Notes under the pieces: generated by a model
Databases searched by the model: none
What the model was told of the DNA's origin: nothing
The model's input: the letters and a program-made list of their open reading frames with translations, nothing else
Shown here: positions 47,201 to 59,419 of the stretch, piece by piece
Numbering within the stretch: position 1 is the stretch's first letter
Layout: the number at the start of each line of letters is the position of its first letter
Program-made: the position numbers and the translations under genes
Source of the DNA: an uncultured Nitrososphaeraceae archaeon
GTDB taxonomy: Archaea > Thermoproteota > Nitrososphaeria > Nitrososphaerales > Nitrososphaeraceae
NCBI GenBank assembly: GCA_963825865.1
Contig: CAWGVG010000008.1
Location: 51,651-115,650, forward strand
Length of the DNA stretch: 64,000 bases
Reading direction: 5' to 3'

Positions 47201-48049
47201 ATGCCAGCCAAACTATCAACCACCATTAGCAAAGTAACAGCCATTCCAAATGCAACCAACTCGGCCCTGGTAACCAAATTCTATGAATATATGAGAACAA
47301 ATGGTGCATCAGAACGCCATCAAAATAACAGTCTTAAAATGGTTATCGCGTTTGCCAATTACCTAGGATCAGACGTCACATTTTATGATATAACGAGAAA
47401 AGACCAGGTAACTGCCTTTTTAGATACCAAGATTAAAAGTTTAGAGGAAGATCCTGATAAAAGGTGGATTACTACTTGGAATTATTACTTGATACATATC
47501 AAACTTTTCTTTAGATGGCTACATAATCATAATGGCAAGGCCGAAGAGGAAATACTGTCACAATCGGAGTGGATAACACCTTCATTTGTAAAGATCAAAG
47601 GAAAGAACACTAAACGATTAAGCCCTTACTCAGACAGTGAAATATGGGACCAGGAAGAGTTGCTTACTATAGTCAAATATGAACCATTTATTCGTAATAA
47701 GGCAGTATTAACGCTATTTTGGGATTTGGATGCTAGAAACCACGAGGTCACAATGTTAAAAATTAAAAATATCAGACTCAAGGAGAAGTATGGTGAAGGA
47801 GATATTCCATACCAAGCTGAAACTGGTAGCGGACAAATCATGTTGACATCTTCATTTCCATATGTGCGAGATTGGATCAACAAACATCCATTCAAAAACG
47901 AGCCAGAAGCAAGACTAATTTGCAATCTGCATAACGGTTCTCCTGTTAAACCTGATGCAATGTGGACAATGATGAAACAATTACGTAAAAGAATAATTCG
48001 CATGTTAAAAGATGGCTCTATTACAAATGACAAAGAACGACATTCATAG
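47201..48049 (+). pseudogene. tyrosine integrase, C-terminally truncated
   Basis: starts 72 bp after tRNA-Ile; RNKAVLTLFWDLDARNHEV box I present; HxxR and catalytic Tyr absent. Confidence 0.8.
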
Positions 48050-48152
48050 TATCAAGAGGATGGTACAAGGCCATGACAACATATTATAGGACTACGATGG
48101 CGATGATTCATCGCTAAAACTTGCTCAAGTCCGCGTATCCTCTTATTCCAAG

Positions 48153-48320
48153 TTAGCCATACTTTTTTAGGAATTCCTTTAATGCTTTGACTACCAAAGC
48201 ATTTGCCGACGTATTCTTATCTATTGCCATGTGCTTTAGATTCTTCATTGTGTCTAGAGGTAGCCTAAAAGTTGCCTTTACTTCATTCTTTGGTCCTACT
48301 TTCATTGTAACAGTTTCCAT
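48153..48320 (-). CDS. ribbon-helix-helix (CopG-like) DNA-binding protein, 55 aa
   Basis: METVTMKVGPKNEVKATFRLPLDTMKNLKHMAIDKNTSANALVVKALKEFLKKYG; below ORF cutoff. Confidence 0.75.
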   Translation of the reverse strand: METVTMKVGPKNEVKATFRLPLDTMKNLKHMAIDKNTSANALVVKALKEFLKKYG

Positions 48321-48424
48321 TTTACCATGCCATCCTATATATCATCTGTCAGTTATATAATGCCAGCATGCCAGCTACATTTATATAATGTCATACCATA
48401 GCTGCGGCGGTGAAATAATCGAGA

Positions 48425-48778
48425 ATGCCAGATACTGATAATATTGACGAGAACAATAATATCTTGCCAGAGCTTCAAGATATATTGTATCGTGTATCCA
48501 GACACGAGAACTTTTACAATTACATGGCTTACTTTTTAACCAGTGGAGACCTTAGGTACAGTCATCATGATAACGTAGGCGAGAACAAAACTGAATTCAA
48601 AATCACACTAACGATTGGGCAAATGAATCTAATACGTGACGCAATAAGGCATTATCAAAATAACATCTTGGGTAGAAGTAAAAGATGGTCTGAAGTTCAT
48701 AGACGCTCTCAACTCTGGTCTGGATGTACCGAACAGAATTGTCAGAAAGTAGAGGCAAAGATTCTGACCCTTCAGTGA
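48425..48778 (+). CDS. hypothetical protein divergent from the RHH gene
   Basis: ORF 117 aa. Confidence 0.55.
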   Translation: MPDTDNIDENNNILPELQDILYRVSRHENFYNYMAYFLTSGDLRYSHHDNVGENKTEFKITLTIGQMNLIRDAIRHYQNNILGRSKRWSEVHRRSQLWSGCTEQNCQKVEAKILTLQ

Positions 48779-49264
48779 GCTCTCTATGAGTGGACAATAA
48801 GGTATTATTATCGAAGATATAATAATAAAAATAACAGCGATAGTGGCGACGATGATAACAACTCTATGATGGATTTGAGATAGACAGGAGAATATAATGA
48901 CAACTTACAAATAATGGTACTGACGACAACAACAACAAGAGATATCAGTCATCAGCTATTCCACAACATCAGGTGGCTAGCTAAAAGATGGAGATTCAAA
49001 ACTGAAATAGTCTGTTGCCAAAGCATCGCCCGAAGGGTCAGTATTAGTTGAGTTTGTTAAATTCCAACTGTTCGATTTCGAAGCATTGTCATCTCTAAGA
49101 GCCTGTATGTAGTATAATAGCTTCACAGCCATCATCAATGTTACTGGTAGCATACTACTATCTTAAGAAAAAAAGCGAGTTGACCTGTTTGACTCCAGCT
49201 GTTCCTTTTGTAATACCTTCAGAATTGTTTCAACGCTATCTATCCGCTAAAAGCGTGTTCTTTG

Positions 49265-49465
49265 TCAAATACCGGCAGCAAGGCGATTGATAGATTCTCG
49301 TGCTTCCTTAACTTTGGTCATAACCTCATCGTATTGCTGTCTTACTTGTTGATTGTTGCCGATCTGCGTGTTGGAGTCTTCTAATTTACGCTGTAGATCT
49401 ATTATCTCTTCTATCATAGATTGCAGCCAGTTTGTACCTGCTGCTTCTTTGATTTTAGCTGACAT
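49265..49465 (-). CDS. small coiled-coil protein
   Basis: heptad pattern, 66 aa. Confidence 0.5.
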   Translation of the reverse strand: MSAKIKEAAGTNWLQSMIEEIIDLQRKLEDSNTQIGNNQQVRQQYDEVMTKVKEARESINRLAAGI

Positions 49466-50152
49466 ATTCTCTTATCCCTTCGTCGCTAAGGAAAAATAAA
49501 TGTTATAGATACTATAGACTGTGTCCCCAAAGCCGTTTATCATAAAGAAGTTGAATAAATAGGATAGGCGTAAAAGCTATAGTTAGCTAATACGCCATCC
49601 TTGTCATCGAACTAGAATGACACAGGAGATTCTTCTTCAAAATAATAAAAGGTTATCAATCTATTATTATTACTACTACTACGACACCCCACTTTGATAT
49701 CATTCACTAAGAAAGATATTACATTTACAGATACTAACATGTTATTAACTTCGATCAGTACTATCCATGATCACTGTGTTTCTGGGGTAAATTTACAGAT
49801 GTCTTTGAGACCTATCAATTAAGGTCAGGAGGGTTAGGTACATATAGATTGATTTAATGAAATGAAAACAGATTGACTGCTTAGGTTTCGTATGCACTAT
49901 ATAGCGCATGCCTATGGATATAAATATATGTATCTTAGGCGAATGGAAGATCAATTGGTCGCAGATACTATAATAACGCTACAAAAATCTAATAACAGAT
50001 TAGGCCTTAGTTCCTGCTTTTATCAATTAGTCTGTTAATATTATATGTTTCTCTCTGTCTTCTCTATAATAGATCAAATTCTGACAGATGCAGATCACAT
50101 ATATTGTCTGATGTGCATGTGGCAAAACCACTTGAAAGCCTCAACGTCAAAA

Positions 50153-50953
50153 TTAGAGATAATCAGTAATCCTAGTATTTGTGGTCTGCTTTATCAAATC
50201 TACTAGCAGTTTTTTTTCTGAAAAGTTCGGAATATCAACGAGCTTTTGTATAAATTCTATCTCTTCCTTAATAAAGTGAAGGTTTTCATTATATAATTGG
50301 TTAAAAGCAAGTTTTTGATTTATCCTTTGAATATTTGCAAAACAACGATATATTTTGTCTGTTCCGTTATTAATTCCATTAGCCATTAAAAGCTTGGCAA
50401 GCTTCCTTTTCTCTATATTAAACATAGCGTTTGTAAGAAGTCTATCAAATACTGAAAGGACTTCGAAGTGGTCACCTTTTCCGGTATAACCTATTATAGT
50501 GGCAGGAATTAATCTTAGTGTTCCTTGTAGCTTTGCTCTTCTGCAATGCTTTTCATCCAATACAATCACAGACCTTCCAAAAGTCAAAATTGCATTAAGA
50601 ATTTGATGAGGCAGACGCTCATCGAGAACATCATTATCAGATTTGAGTTCAACGGCGTAGAACCGAATCCAATCTATTCGGCATTTTTCACTCTTAGCAA
50701 ACTCTGCCAGCATATCAGTTCTCATCAATATGTTAAGATAGTTATCGTATGCTTCAATAGACTCAAATTTAATATCGCAGTCATTATTTTTCTCTATAAT
50801 TGCAATTATGAGGTCAAAGTTCCTAAAATAGCCTTCCTGCTTTATTATTATATCTCTATTAATATTAGCAGAAGTTGGTAGAAAGTGATTATTGGCTATG
50901 TGATCTGATTTAACAGAACTAATGAAGAGGTCTTTTAAATCTTTTTCATTCAC
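50153..50953 (-). CDS. hypothetical protein with a possible PD-(D/E)xK-like motif
   Basis: FDLIIA...YAVELKSDND.LDERL..Q. Confidence 0.6.
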   Translation of the reverse strand: MNEKDLKDLFISSVKSDHIANNHFLPTSANINRDIIIKQEGYFRNFDLIIAIIEKNNDCDIKFESIEAYDNYLNILMRTDMLAEFAKSEKCRIDWIRFYAVELKSDNDVLDERLPHQILNAILTFGRSVIVLDEKHCRRAKLQGTLRLIPATIIGYTGKGDHFEVLSVFDRLLTNAMFNIEKRKLAKLLMANGINNGTDKIYRCFANIQRINQKLAFNQLYNENLHFIKEEIEFIQKLVDIPNFSEKKLLVDLIKQTTNTRITDYL

Positions 50954-51016
50954 AATAGCTTATTTCTATCTGTCGTGATATTTAATTTGTCACCTATATT
51001 GATTATATTCTATTTG

Positions 51017-51730
51017 CTAGTAATAGCCGACAAAGTGTATTATAATTTTTGAAGCATATTTTCTTGTTAGTAAACATTTCATTTTATTGATAATAGCGCT
51101 ACCGATTATGATTGCATCGGCGCCAGCATTACTCATGAGCCTTATGTGTGAAGGGGTGCTAATTCCAAATCTTACATCTACTGGGATTTTCGTTCCGGCA
51201 ACTTGTTTGATATTCTTTATTGCATCCAAACTATAATCAAACGATTCTCGAGTTCCGGTTATTCCATAGACTGAGACCATATATACAAACCCTGAAGATG
51301 CCACATTGACTTGTATTAGGAGATACTAGAAATATCGTAAGACCAAGTTTTGATGCCTCTTCGACATAGTACTTCGACTCTTCAATCGCCATATCAGGAA
51401 GAATAAATCCATCAATTCCAGACTCTTGATTGTATCATAAAATTTCCAAAGCCTGCTCTTAGTAAAATATTTGAATAAGTCATAGTAAGAATTGGTAGAT
51501 TGGGAAATTTTTCTAATATTTTTTGAAATTTTTAAACATTTGTCAGGTCTATGCCCTTTTGCAAAGCATATTATATCGGCTGGAGTCGAAACCAGAGAAG
51601 AGACTATCTCTTCGGTTGTTGTCATATCAGCATATCCTGCGACCACGTAGCAAATCAGTGCATGTTCATTCTTTTTCGATAATTCTTGAAGTTTCATATT
51701 TAGTCTGTTACCTTCTAGGCTTTTTACCAT
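51017..51730 (-). pseudogene. trpA: tryptophan synthase alpha chain, disrupted
   Basis: ALICYVVAGY, SGFVYMVSVYGITG, FGIS, GADAIIIGSA; ExGxPFSDPxADG segment deleted; several indels. Confidence 0.85.
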
Positions 51731-52937
51731 ATTTTTCGCTCTGTTTTTCCTTCATTTTCAAATATTCTAAAACAACCTCAACATCCTTATCACCACGTCC
51801 AGATAATGTAACCACAATATTTTCATTTTTATCCATTTTATTTGCAAGTTTCATTGCGTATGATACAGCATGAGAGGGTTCTAAAGCAGGAATTATACCC
51901 TCAAGCTTAGACAGCATTAAAAATGCTTCTACAGCATCGTCGTCTATACAATCAATATAATTTACCCTGTCAAGATCCTTTAATAATGCATGTTCCGGAC
52001 CTACTCCAGGATAATCCAACCCCGCAGAAATACTATGCGTATCAGTTACTTGGCCGAATCTATCTTGCAAAAGGTAAGTCAACATTCCATGTAAAATTCC
52101 CTCTGAACCGGCCGACAATGTTGCAGAATGCTTTCCAGAATTAACACCTTCACCTCCTGCTTCTACTCCATATAGCAGAACATCAGATTCGTCTACAAAG
52201 GGGTAGAATGTTCCTATCGCGTTGCTACCGCCACCTACACATGCTACAATTGCATTTGGCAAATTATTGGATAATTCTTGCATCTGTTGCTTTATTTCAT
52301 ACCCAATTATGCTTTGAAAGTCCCTTACCATCATCGGGTAAGGATGAGGCCCTACAACAGATCCAATAAGATAATAAGTATTTTGAACATTGGTTGTCCA
52401 GTCACGCAATGCATCATTAATTGCATCTTTTAGAGTTTGAGTTCCAGATTCAACTGTATGAACCTTCGCACCAAGTAACTGCATACGAAAAACATTTAGC
52501 TTTTGTCTTTCTACGTCCTTAGAACCCATGTATATTTCGGAGTTCAAGCCAAGCACTGCCGATGCAATAGCAGTTCCTACGCCGTGTTGGCCAGCTCCGG
52601 TTTCGGCAATAATTCTTTTTTTACCCATGCGTTTTGCCAGCAGGCCCTGGCCGAGAGTATTATTTGTTTTGTGAGCACCCCCGTGTAAAAGATCCTCTCT
52701 TTTTAGATAGATCTTTGCTCCTCCTACGTACTCTGTAAGGTTTTTTGCAAGATAAAGTGGTGTTGGACGGCCTGCATACTGAGTTAAATAATATGAAAGT
52801 TGATTCTGAAATTCAGAATTCCCCTTGTATTTTTCATATGCTACTTCCAGCTCTTCTATAGCTGGAACAAGAGTTTCAGGAATATACTTTCCTCCATACT
52901 TTCCAAATCTACCATTGACAGGATAATTGCTCCGCAT
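51708..52937 (-). CDS. trpB: tryptophan synthase beta chain
   Basis: [49 protein letters not shown]. Confidence 0.96.
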   Translation of the reverse strand: MRSNYPVNGRFGKYGGKYIPETLVPAIEELEVAYEKYKGNSEFQNQLSYYLTQYAGRPTPLYLAKNLTEYVGGAKIYLKREDLLHGGAHKTNNTLGQGLLAKRMGKKRIIAETGAGQHGVGTAIASAVLGLNSEIYMGSKDVERQKLNVFRMQLLGAKVHTVESGTQTLKDAINDALRDWTTNVQNTYYLIGSVVGPHPYPMMVRDFQSIIGYEIKQQMQELSNNLPNAIVACVGGGSNAIGTFYPFVDESDVLLYGVEAGGEGVNSGKHSATLSAGSEGILHGMLTYLLQDRFGQVTDTHSISAGLDYPGVGPEHALLKDLDRVNYIDCIDDDAVEAFLMLSKLEGIIPALEPSHAVSYAMKLANKMDKNENIVVTLSGRGDKDVEVVLEYLKMKEKQSEKYGKKPRR

Positions 52938-52999
52938 ATTTAGGGATCTAATTGTTACCTTGAAGGAGTATTAAGACATTCGGATTTAATTAAAAAGAG

Positions 53000-53816
53000 C
53001 TAAAGTGAAAGATAAAGTTCTCTGACTTTAGATAGGATGTCATTTGACTCCATAATACTAGTGCCTATCAGAAATGCATCAGCTCCTGCGTTTTTCAAAG
53101 ATTGGATTTCCTCTGGTTGGCTTATTCCACTTTCGCTAATGATGATATTCTTTCCTTTGTCATGTTTCTTGAGCAATCTTTGAGTAGTAGAAATATCGGT
53201 TATTAAACTGTTCAAATCACGATTGTTAATACCAATTAAATTTGTCTGTTGTTGAAGTTTTAAGACCTCTTCAAATTCCTTTTCGGAATGTACTTCAATA
53301 ATAACTTGTAATCCTTTCTTGTAAGTATATTCTGCAAATTTTTCTATGCTACCCTCTGCTAAATCCTGATCAAATATCGTTTTGATAAGCAACACACAAT
53401 CAGAACCTATTCGTTTTGCAGCATCTATCTGAATTTCACTGACAGTTATGTCTTTCATGAGCGAGCGGAACTTTGACTTTCTGTCGAATCATGGCCAAAT
53501 TTTTAATAGAACCATTAAACAAATATGGTTGTGTCAAAACGGATAGCCCACTTGCACCTGACCTGGCAATGACGGATGCTTGTTCGATAACATTGATTTC
53601 ATCACTTTTGATAATTCTTCCCCGGGACGGTGATGATGATTTTATCTCTATAATAAGAGGAGCATGAGGACATGAAAGGATTGTTTTTTTTATGCTTATA
53701 GACTCATGTCCACTGAAATCATACTCTTCAGAATCATAAGCTCCTTCATCTATAGCTTTATATGAATTATCGGTGAATGTTTTTAGCGTGAAGTTCGATC
53801 TGACAAATTTGCTCAT
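53000..53816 (-). CDS. trpC: indole-3-glycerol-phosphate synthase (indel at ~53463)
   Basis: EIKSSSPS, SVLTQP, LMKD, GINNRDL, ISESGI. Confidence 0.9.
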
Positions 53817-53949
53817 CTGTTAAATCAGATGTAATTGCTCTGTATATATTCATATATCATAATGCCAGTGCAACGTTTCAAATAAATGATAGAGATTATG
53901 TCTATAAAACCATTTGACAAGATATATATTATGAGCAGCCAGCAATCTC

Positions 53950-54249
53950 TCAAGCAGACCCAAGTTTGTTCATTATAGCTTTACGAATATATGGCATTTT
54001 TCTTACCATTATTAAAAATAGATCTGCCATTTCAACTCTATCTGGTTGTCGACCATTTTTATCTGTAAATCGTTCAATGAAGTTTCCTATGATCATTCCA
54101 GAAATGAGACCATATGCAAATTCTTCAATATTGCCCTGTGTTGGCATCATCCTTCGAGCAAGATCTATTGGAATGTTTACGTTTTTAATTGCCGCTTTAA
54201 TAAGCGACTCCAACTCTTTTCTTTCATCAATTGTCAATACCAATCGCAA
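53950..54249 (-). CDS. hypothetical protein
   Basis: ORF 99 aa, protein-like composition. Confidence 0.55.
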   Translation of the reverse strand: MRLVLTIDERKELESLIKAAIKNVNIPIDLARRMMPTQGNIEEFAYGLISGMIIGNFIERFTDKNGRQPDRVEMADLFLIMVRKMPYIRKAIMNKLGSA

Positions 54250-54814
54250 CCACTTCGAATTCTACACATGAATCTTTTTTCATGATGTTATCTGCCTTTT
54301 TTACATTAATGCAGAGTATTGCAGAGTAATAAAAAATAACACCATAATATATATAACAAACGATACACGCTCGGTGGCTTTTCACACAGTTAAAATGATT
54401 CAACAGTTTAATCAGATAATTCAGACGTTTGGTCAGTTAACGATCAGAAATTAGTATAGGATGCGAATCAGCGTATATATACAACAGAACAAAAATTGTT
54501 CGAATGTATATGAACAAAAATCAAAATAAAGATCTGATACTCATATCCGGATGGTTATGCTATATGAAATCGAAGATTAAATCCTAAAACCATTATTCTG
54601 TAGCCAAGTTCATTCATTCAAGCAATTTAGGAAATGGATTTACATTTATCATGAATAATATACGAAGATCGTGACAGATTTAGAAAAACCATTGTTCTTC
54701 CTCTAAAAGGATGGCTTTAGTCATATTATTGTCTTAGATAGCAATAAAAACCATACCCTTTTAGTCTAACAATAGAGAAGTTTATTTTTATATTCTAATT
54801 GAAAGATCTTTTAC

Positions 54815-55379
54815 ATGCAAAGATACATAATATATCTGAGGAATCAATCTTACACTCCAAAGGATGCAACGAGATTACTAAAGAGAGCCAGGGTTTTAAT
54901 TTCAGATTCAAAAATTATTGTACGTGATACACGTGTATCGAAGCACTGTATTGAATTTGATGCAAGTCTTCCGGACAATAAAAGTGTTGAAAATGTTATC
55001 GATAAACTCACGTTAATTATGCCGTTATCAGAATATCAACACATAGTTGAAAAACACATGAATAAAGATGAGGCAATAAAAACTGCAAGATCTTTATTTA
55101 ATGATGAAAAGTATTGGAGTGCTCATGAAATTCTTGAATATGTATGGAAAAATTCTCATGCAGAAGAAAAAGACCTATTGAATGGAATCATTTTAATCGC
55201 AGCCAGCCTTTGTCCATGATGAAAAAGATGAATCAGATATTTGTATTTCCATATTAAAAAGATCAATGAAGAAATTGTCAAAAGCTACAGGTCTTTACTT
55301 CGAAATAGATATAGATAAAATAAAAGGACTAGTGTCACAAATAACTGAAACTAGTAAGATAGAACGATTTGCCATTTAG
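54815..55379 (+). CDS. DUF309-domain protein (indel at ~55204)
   Basis: LFNDEKYWSAHEILEYVW...GIILIAAAFVH. Confidence 0.8.
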
Positions 55380-55871
55380 CAGCATATGCTCATTTTACCG
55401 ACTATAGTAGCATCCAACTTACTTAATTTCAAACCTCGAGTTAATCGTATAAGATACGCTCTCGGTCCGCAAGTTTGTATTCTAGGTAGCCAGAAGTAAA
55501 AAGAGCAAGGTATATAACATGGAGGCTTTTTTAAAATGCCAATTCAAATCCCTTATTGTTATCTATTTTCACGTCTTTTTCTTCTAAGAACTATTGCAAC
55601 TACGATAAGTACAATTAAAATTGTTAGCATTATGAAAAAAGTGCCTTCATTTCTTACCGTTCCCTTCGGAAGAATTAAAAGGATAACCAATAAAAATAGT
55701 GGAACCATATCTACCAATAGATCTACACGAATATTTGGTGTTTTCTATCGATAAGAATCTTACAACCTACGTCTAATTTTACCACATACTAAAGGTATTA
55801 TACATTTAGCTTTTGTTTTATTCGGGTATATAAGAGGAGTCGACTTTATGTATTATGATTCTATAATAGTG

Positions 55872-55961
55872 AGGTGGGGAAGGGATTCGAACCCTTGTAA
55901 ATTCGCTAGCTGCAAATCTCATTTCCTGCAGGCGAACGCATAGCCGTTCTGCCACCCCACC
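55872..55961 (-). tRNA. tRNA-Cys(GCA) with an 18-nt canonical 37/38 intron (55908-55925)
   Basis: GGTGGGG/CCCCACC stem; TTCGC-CTGCAG|intron|A-GCGAA; BHB with CTGC/GCAG central helix and AAAT/ATTT outer helix. Confidence 0.93.
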
Positions 55962-56159
55962 ACAACGTACTACTGTAACTCTTACAGTATTCTAAATTTA
56001 AAGTTAATAGTTGATATATGAGTCAGTTTGACTTCTATAACTCTGTCGCCTAACTTGCCATTCTACAAGCATAGGAAATGCGAAGGTATATCATATAACA
56101 GTTTTGAGATATTTTTTATAATTTATTTTCGTAGAACGATCTTCAGGAAACCAATTTGA

Positions 56160-56384
56160 TTAAAGTTTTAATATATTCTTGGCAGCAAGACGGACATCTT
56201 CAGATTTTATCGTTTTTCGACCTGCATGATTTGATAAATCCACTGCTTGCTTGGCGATTCTCTCCGCAACATCTTCGAGAATCTTGCGAAGTTCATCGGC
56301 AGCATCATCACTAACTCTCTCTGCACCTGATTTTTTAATTACCCGATACATAGTAGCAAGGCCAAGCTCTGGACCAGAAGACAT
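56160..56384 (-). CDS. archaeal histone (HMf-like)
   Basis: RVIKKSGAERVSDDA...HAGRKTIKSEDV. Confidence 0.93.
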   Translation of the reverse strand: MSSGPELGLATMYRVIKKSGAERVSDDAADELRKILEDVAERIAKQAVDLSNHAGRKTIKSEDVRLAAKNILKL

Positions 56385-56773
56385 ATTATGATGGATCAGT
56401 CGATTTATCTTAAATAAGCTTATCGAATTTACAATGTAAATATCCAATTTGACAATATAGTTTTAATTCGTCATTATTTGAACGACATAGCAAGTTTAGA
56501 TTTTGGTGAAATATCATTGCAAATACTCTTGCATATGAAATTCCAAATGATCCTATCGTTATATCGATAAGTGATACCAACTAGCAATGATATAGAAGAA
56601 TATCGAATTACTGAAAGGCTGATAAAAAAAATTAATTCCTTTAAATTAAACGGTGGAGTAATAGCGGTATGGCTACATAATCATACTCTGCTAACATAAT
56701 TACAATATGTGATAATAATTATTAATCTTCACTTGATAAATTTAAATTCTTAGATAAATCCATAACTATTGCG

Positions 56774-57568
56774 ATGGGTGGTAGTGGCACAACAAACAAC
56801 AATAAATTTAATAAAAGAAGTATGGAATATAATGAATCCGACTTTTGCTCTTTATGGACACAACACATCAGAATAAGGAATTGTGCAGATCTATTCATCA
56901 ATGAAAAACTTGCAGGTGATTACTTTTTTAATAGACTGAATAATGTAGCTTGTCCTGATATCGAGGCCGTCATCGAGAAAACAATTAGAATATTTTCAAA
57001 GAGAGTATTGAATAGTTATGTGTATATTAGTGATAATGATAGGGACCTAGAAAATATATTGTTGAAAAGGGGATTTTCGCTCATAGACACAATGCAAGTG
57101 TTAAAATCTGATCTGACTAACTTCGAAAATGATGAATATAATATTCAAGTAACAAAAATTGACTTACATTCGCTACCGGTTTGGATAGATGTATTTTGTA
57201 AATCATTTGACGCACGCGATTGGAAATCTGAAGTGGAAAAAGTAGTTAAATTACATTTTAAAGAACTTACACTACTAGTGTCATATATAAATGACAATTA
57301 CCGTAAAATTCCTAGTGGATGTGTTGCATTATTCAATAGATATAATTTAATGGGCCTCTATTGTCTAGGAACACTATCCTCTTTTAGGGGTCAAGGGATC
57401 GCAAAGAGAATGATAAAAATTTCTTTGAGAGTAGCTCGACAAGAGAATTTAGGTTTTCTATTTCTTCAAACATTTAGCAAGGAAGGGTTAATTCAATTTT
57501 ACAAAAATCTGGGATTCCAAATTGCATATAAGAAGAAAATATATGCCTTATATAATAATGCCCCATAG
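56774..57568 (+). CDS. GNAT-family N-acetyltransferase
   Basis: LGTLSSFRGQGIA, FYKNLGF. Confidence 0.85.
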   Translation: MGGSGTTNNNKFNKRSMEYNESDFCSLWTQHIRIRNCADLFINEKLAGDYFFNRLNNVACPDIEAVIEKTIRIFSKRVLNSYVYISDNDRDLENILLKRGFSLIDTMQVLKSDLTNFENDEYNIQVTKIDLHSLPVWIDVFCKSFDARDWKSEVEKVVKLHFKELTLLVSYINDNYRKIPSGCVALFNRYNLMGLYCLGTLSSFRGQGIAKRMIKISLRVARQENLGFLFLQTFSKEGLIQFYKNLGFQIAYKKKIYALYNNAP

Positions 57569-57617
57569 AAATTATTATTAAATGTATTTTTGTACACCAG
57601 ACTAGGATACATGTATT

Positions 57618-57818
57618 ATGGCCAGGCGGTCAAACAAATCATTAGAAGCAACCTTAACAGCAGCAGAAGCAACTTCTACTACTAAGAAAAATGAGGATGA
57701 TCTTGAAATACAAATGAAGGTTAGTTTAGCAATTGAAGGTTTTACTACACGCAAATATTGTGAATTGGTTTTAAAAGATATGGATAAAGTGTTGTGTGAT
57801 TTCATTACAACAAAATAA
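57618..57818 (+). pseudogene. probable N-terminal remnant of an integrase
   Basis: KVSLAIEGFTTRKYCELVLKD resembles N-termini of Nitrososphaera-type integrases (from memory). Confidence 0.4.
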
Positions 57819-58002
57819 CAACCGATAAGTACAACAATATCGATGTCACTCAGTTACTGTTATTATAACCTCAACTGGGCTCAGCCCCCAAGAATAGTGT
57901 TAGTCTTTGACAGCAAGTTTCCCTAAATCAATAAGTTGATCCTTTGCGTGTTAGTTCCAATTACCACTATTCTTATTACATGCCAGTGAAACAGATTTCG
58001 TA

Positions 58003-59039
58003 ATGAATGAAAAAAAGGACAACTATTCGCTTTATCTCTCATTTTGTTTGACAGCAATTTTTCTTACGATTATTATTGTTACAACCGGCATATTTGTTTG
58101 CACATTAGTATTAAACCAAAATCATACTGCAATGGCACAACAACAACAAAACAACCTAATGGTATATCTTTTCAGATGGATAACATGACATTTTCTCATC
58201 ATACGGCATCTGTTAATGGTATTCAATTGCACTATGTTATTGGAGGCCATGGTGATCCTGTAGTTTTATTACATGGATGGCCAGAAACATGGTATGCATG
58301 GCATCATGTAATGCCAGCCTTAGCTAAGAACTATACTGTTATTGCACCTGATCTGCGAGGCCTCGGAGACTCTTCAAAACCACCAACTGGTTATGATGGT
58401 AAAACCGTAGCTGAGGATATACATCAACTAGTTACTCAGCTAGGATTTAAAACAATTTTCCTAGTGGGTCATGATATGGGGAACACAGGTAGCCTATTCT
58501 TATGCAGCTGCCACATCCTACGGAAGTAAAGAGGTTAGCAGTAATGGAATTAACGATTCCCGGTTTCGCACCTCCCGGAAGACCGCCATTATGGTGGGGC
58601 ATATTCCATCAAACACCCGATGTACCAGAAGCCCTTGTACAAGGAAAAGAGATGATGTATTTATCATGGTTCTTTCACAATCTTGCGTATAATCCAGCTG
58701 CGATAACGCAGGCAGATATCAATGAATATGTTAGCCATTATTCTGCTCCAGGCGGAATGCGTGCGGGATTTGAGTATTATCGGGCTTTTCCTCAGGATGC
58801 GATTCAAAATGAGAATTATTCAAAGACTAAGCTTACAATGCCAGTATTGGCGCTAGGAGGAGGATATATTCCAACATTCGGAGGTAATATTACTATGCCT
58901 ACTATCATATATGGGATGAAAATATTAGCTCAAAATGTTCAGGGTATTACAGTTCCAAATTCAGGTCATTTTATTCCAGAAGAGCAGACCAGATTTTCTA
59001 GTAAAACCACTCAACAATTTCTTTAGTGATCACCTATGA
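58003..59039 (+). CDS. secreted epoxide hydrolase-like alpha/beta hydrolase (three indels)
   Basis: LLHGWPE, PDLRGLG.S, GHD.G nucleophile, SGHFIPEE. Confidence 0.85.
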
Positions 59040-59053
59040 ATACTAACGACATA

Positions 59054-59209
59054 ATGTCCCAAATTGAAATGAATAAGGCTATTATTCAACGCTACTTTGA
59101 CGCATACAATAACAAAAATGAAACAATATTTGATGAAATAATATCCTCCGATTACATCGACCATGGCCGATCTGCTTATATGGGTTCGCCAAAGACAGAA
59201 CCAGAATAA
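59054..59209 (+). pseudogene. SnoaL/ester cyclase N-terminal fragment
   Basis: NKAIIQRYFDAYNNKNETIFDEIISSDYIDH, then stop at 51 aa. Confidence 0.65.
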
Positions 59210-59419
59210 ATGAACTACGGTTATGCTCCCGTGGTTGACGAAACTAGGCTCGGGATAGCTCAACGACTTTCCGGTATCGAGTATATTGCGGATTTAAACT
59301 ACTTTTTAGAACTCATAGAGTTACAGGTGAGGAAGCACTTTGATTTCGACAAGAGTTTGTTCTACTAAAGACATACATAATAAACACTTAAAATGGCGCT
59401 ATTAATGTTCAAAATATTG

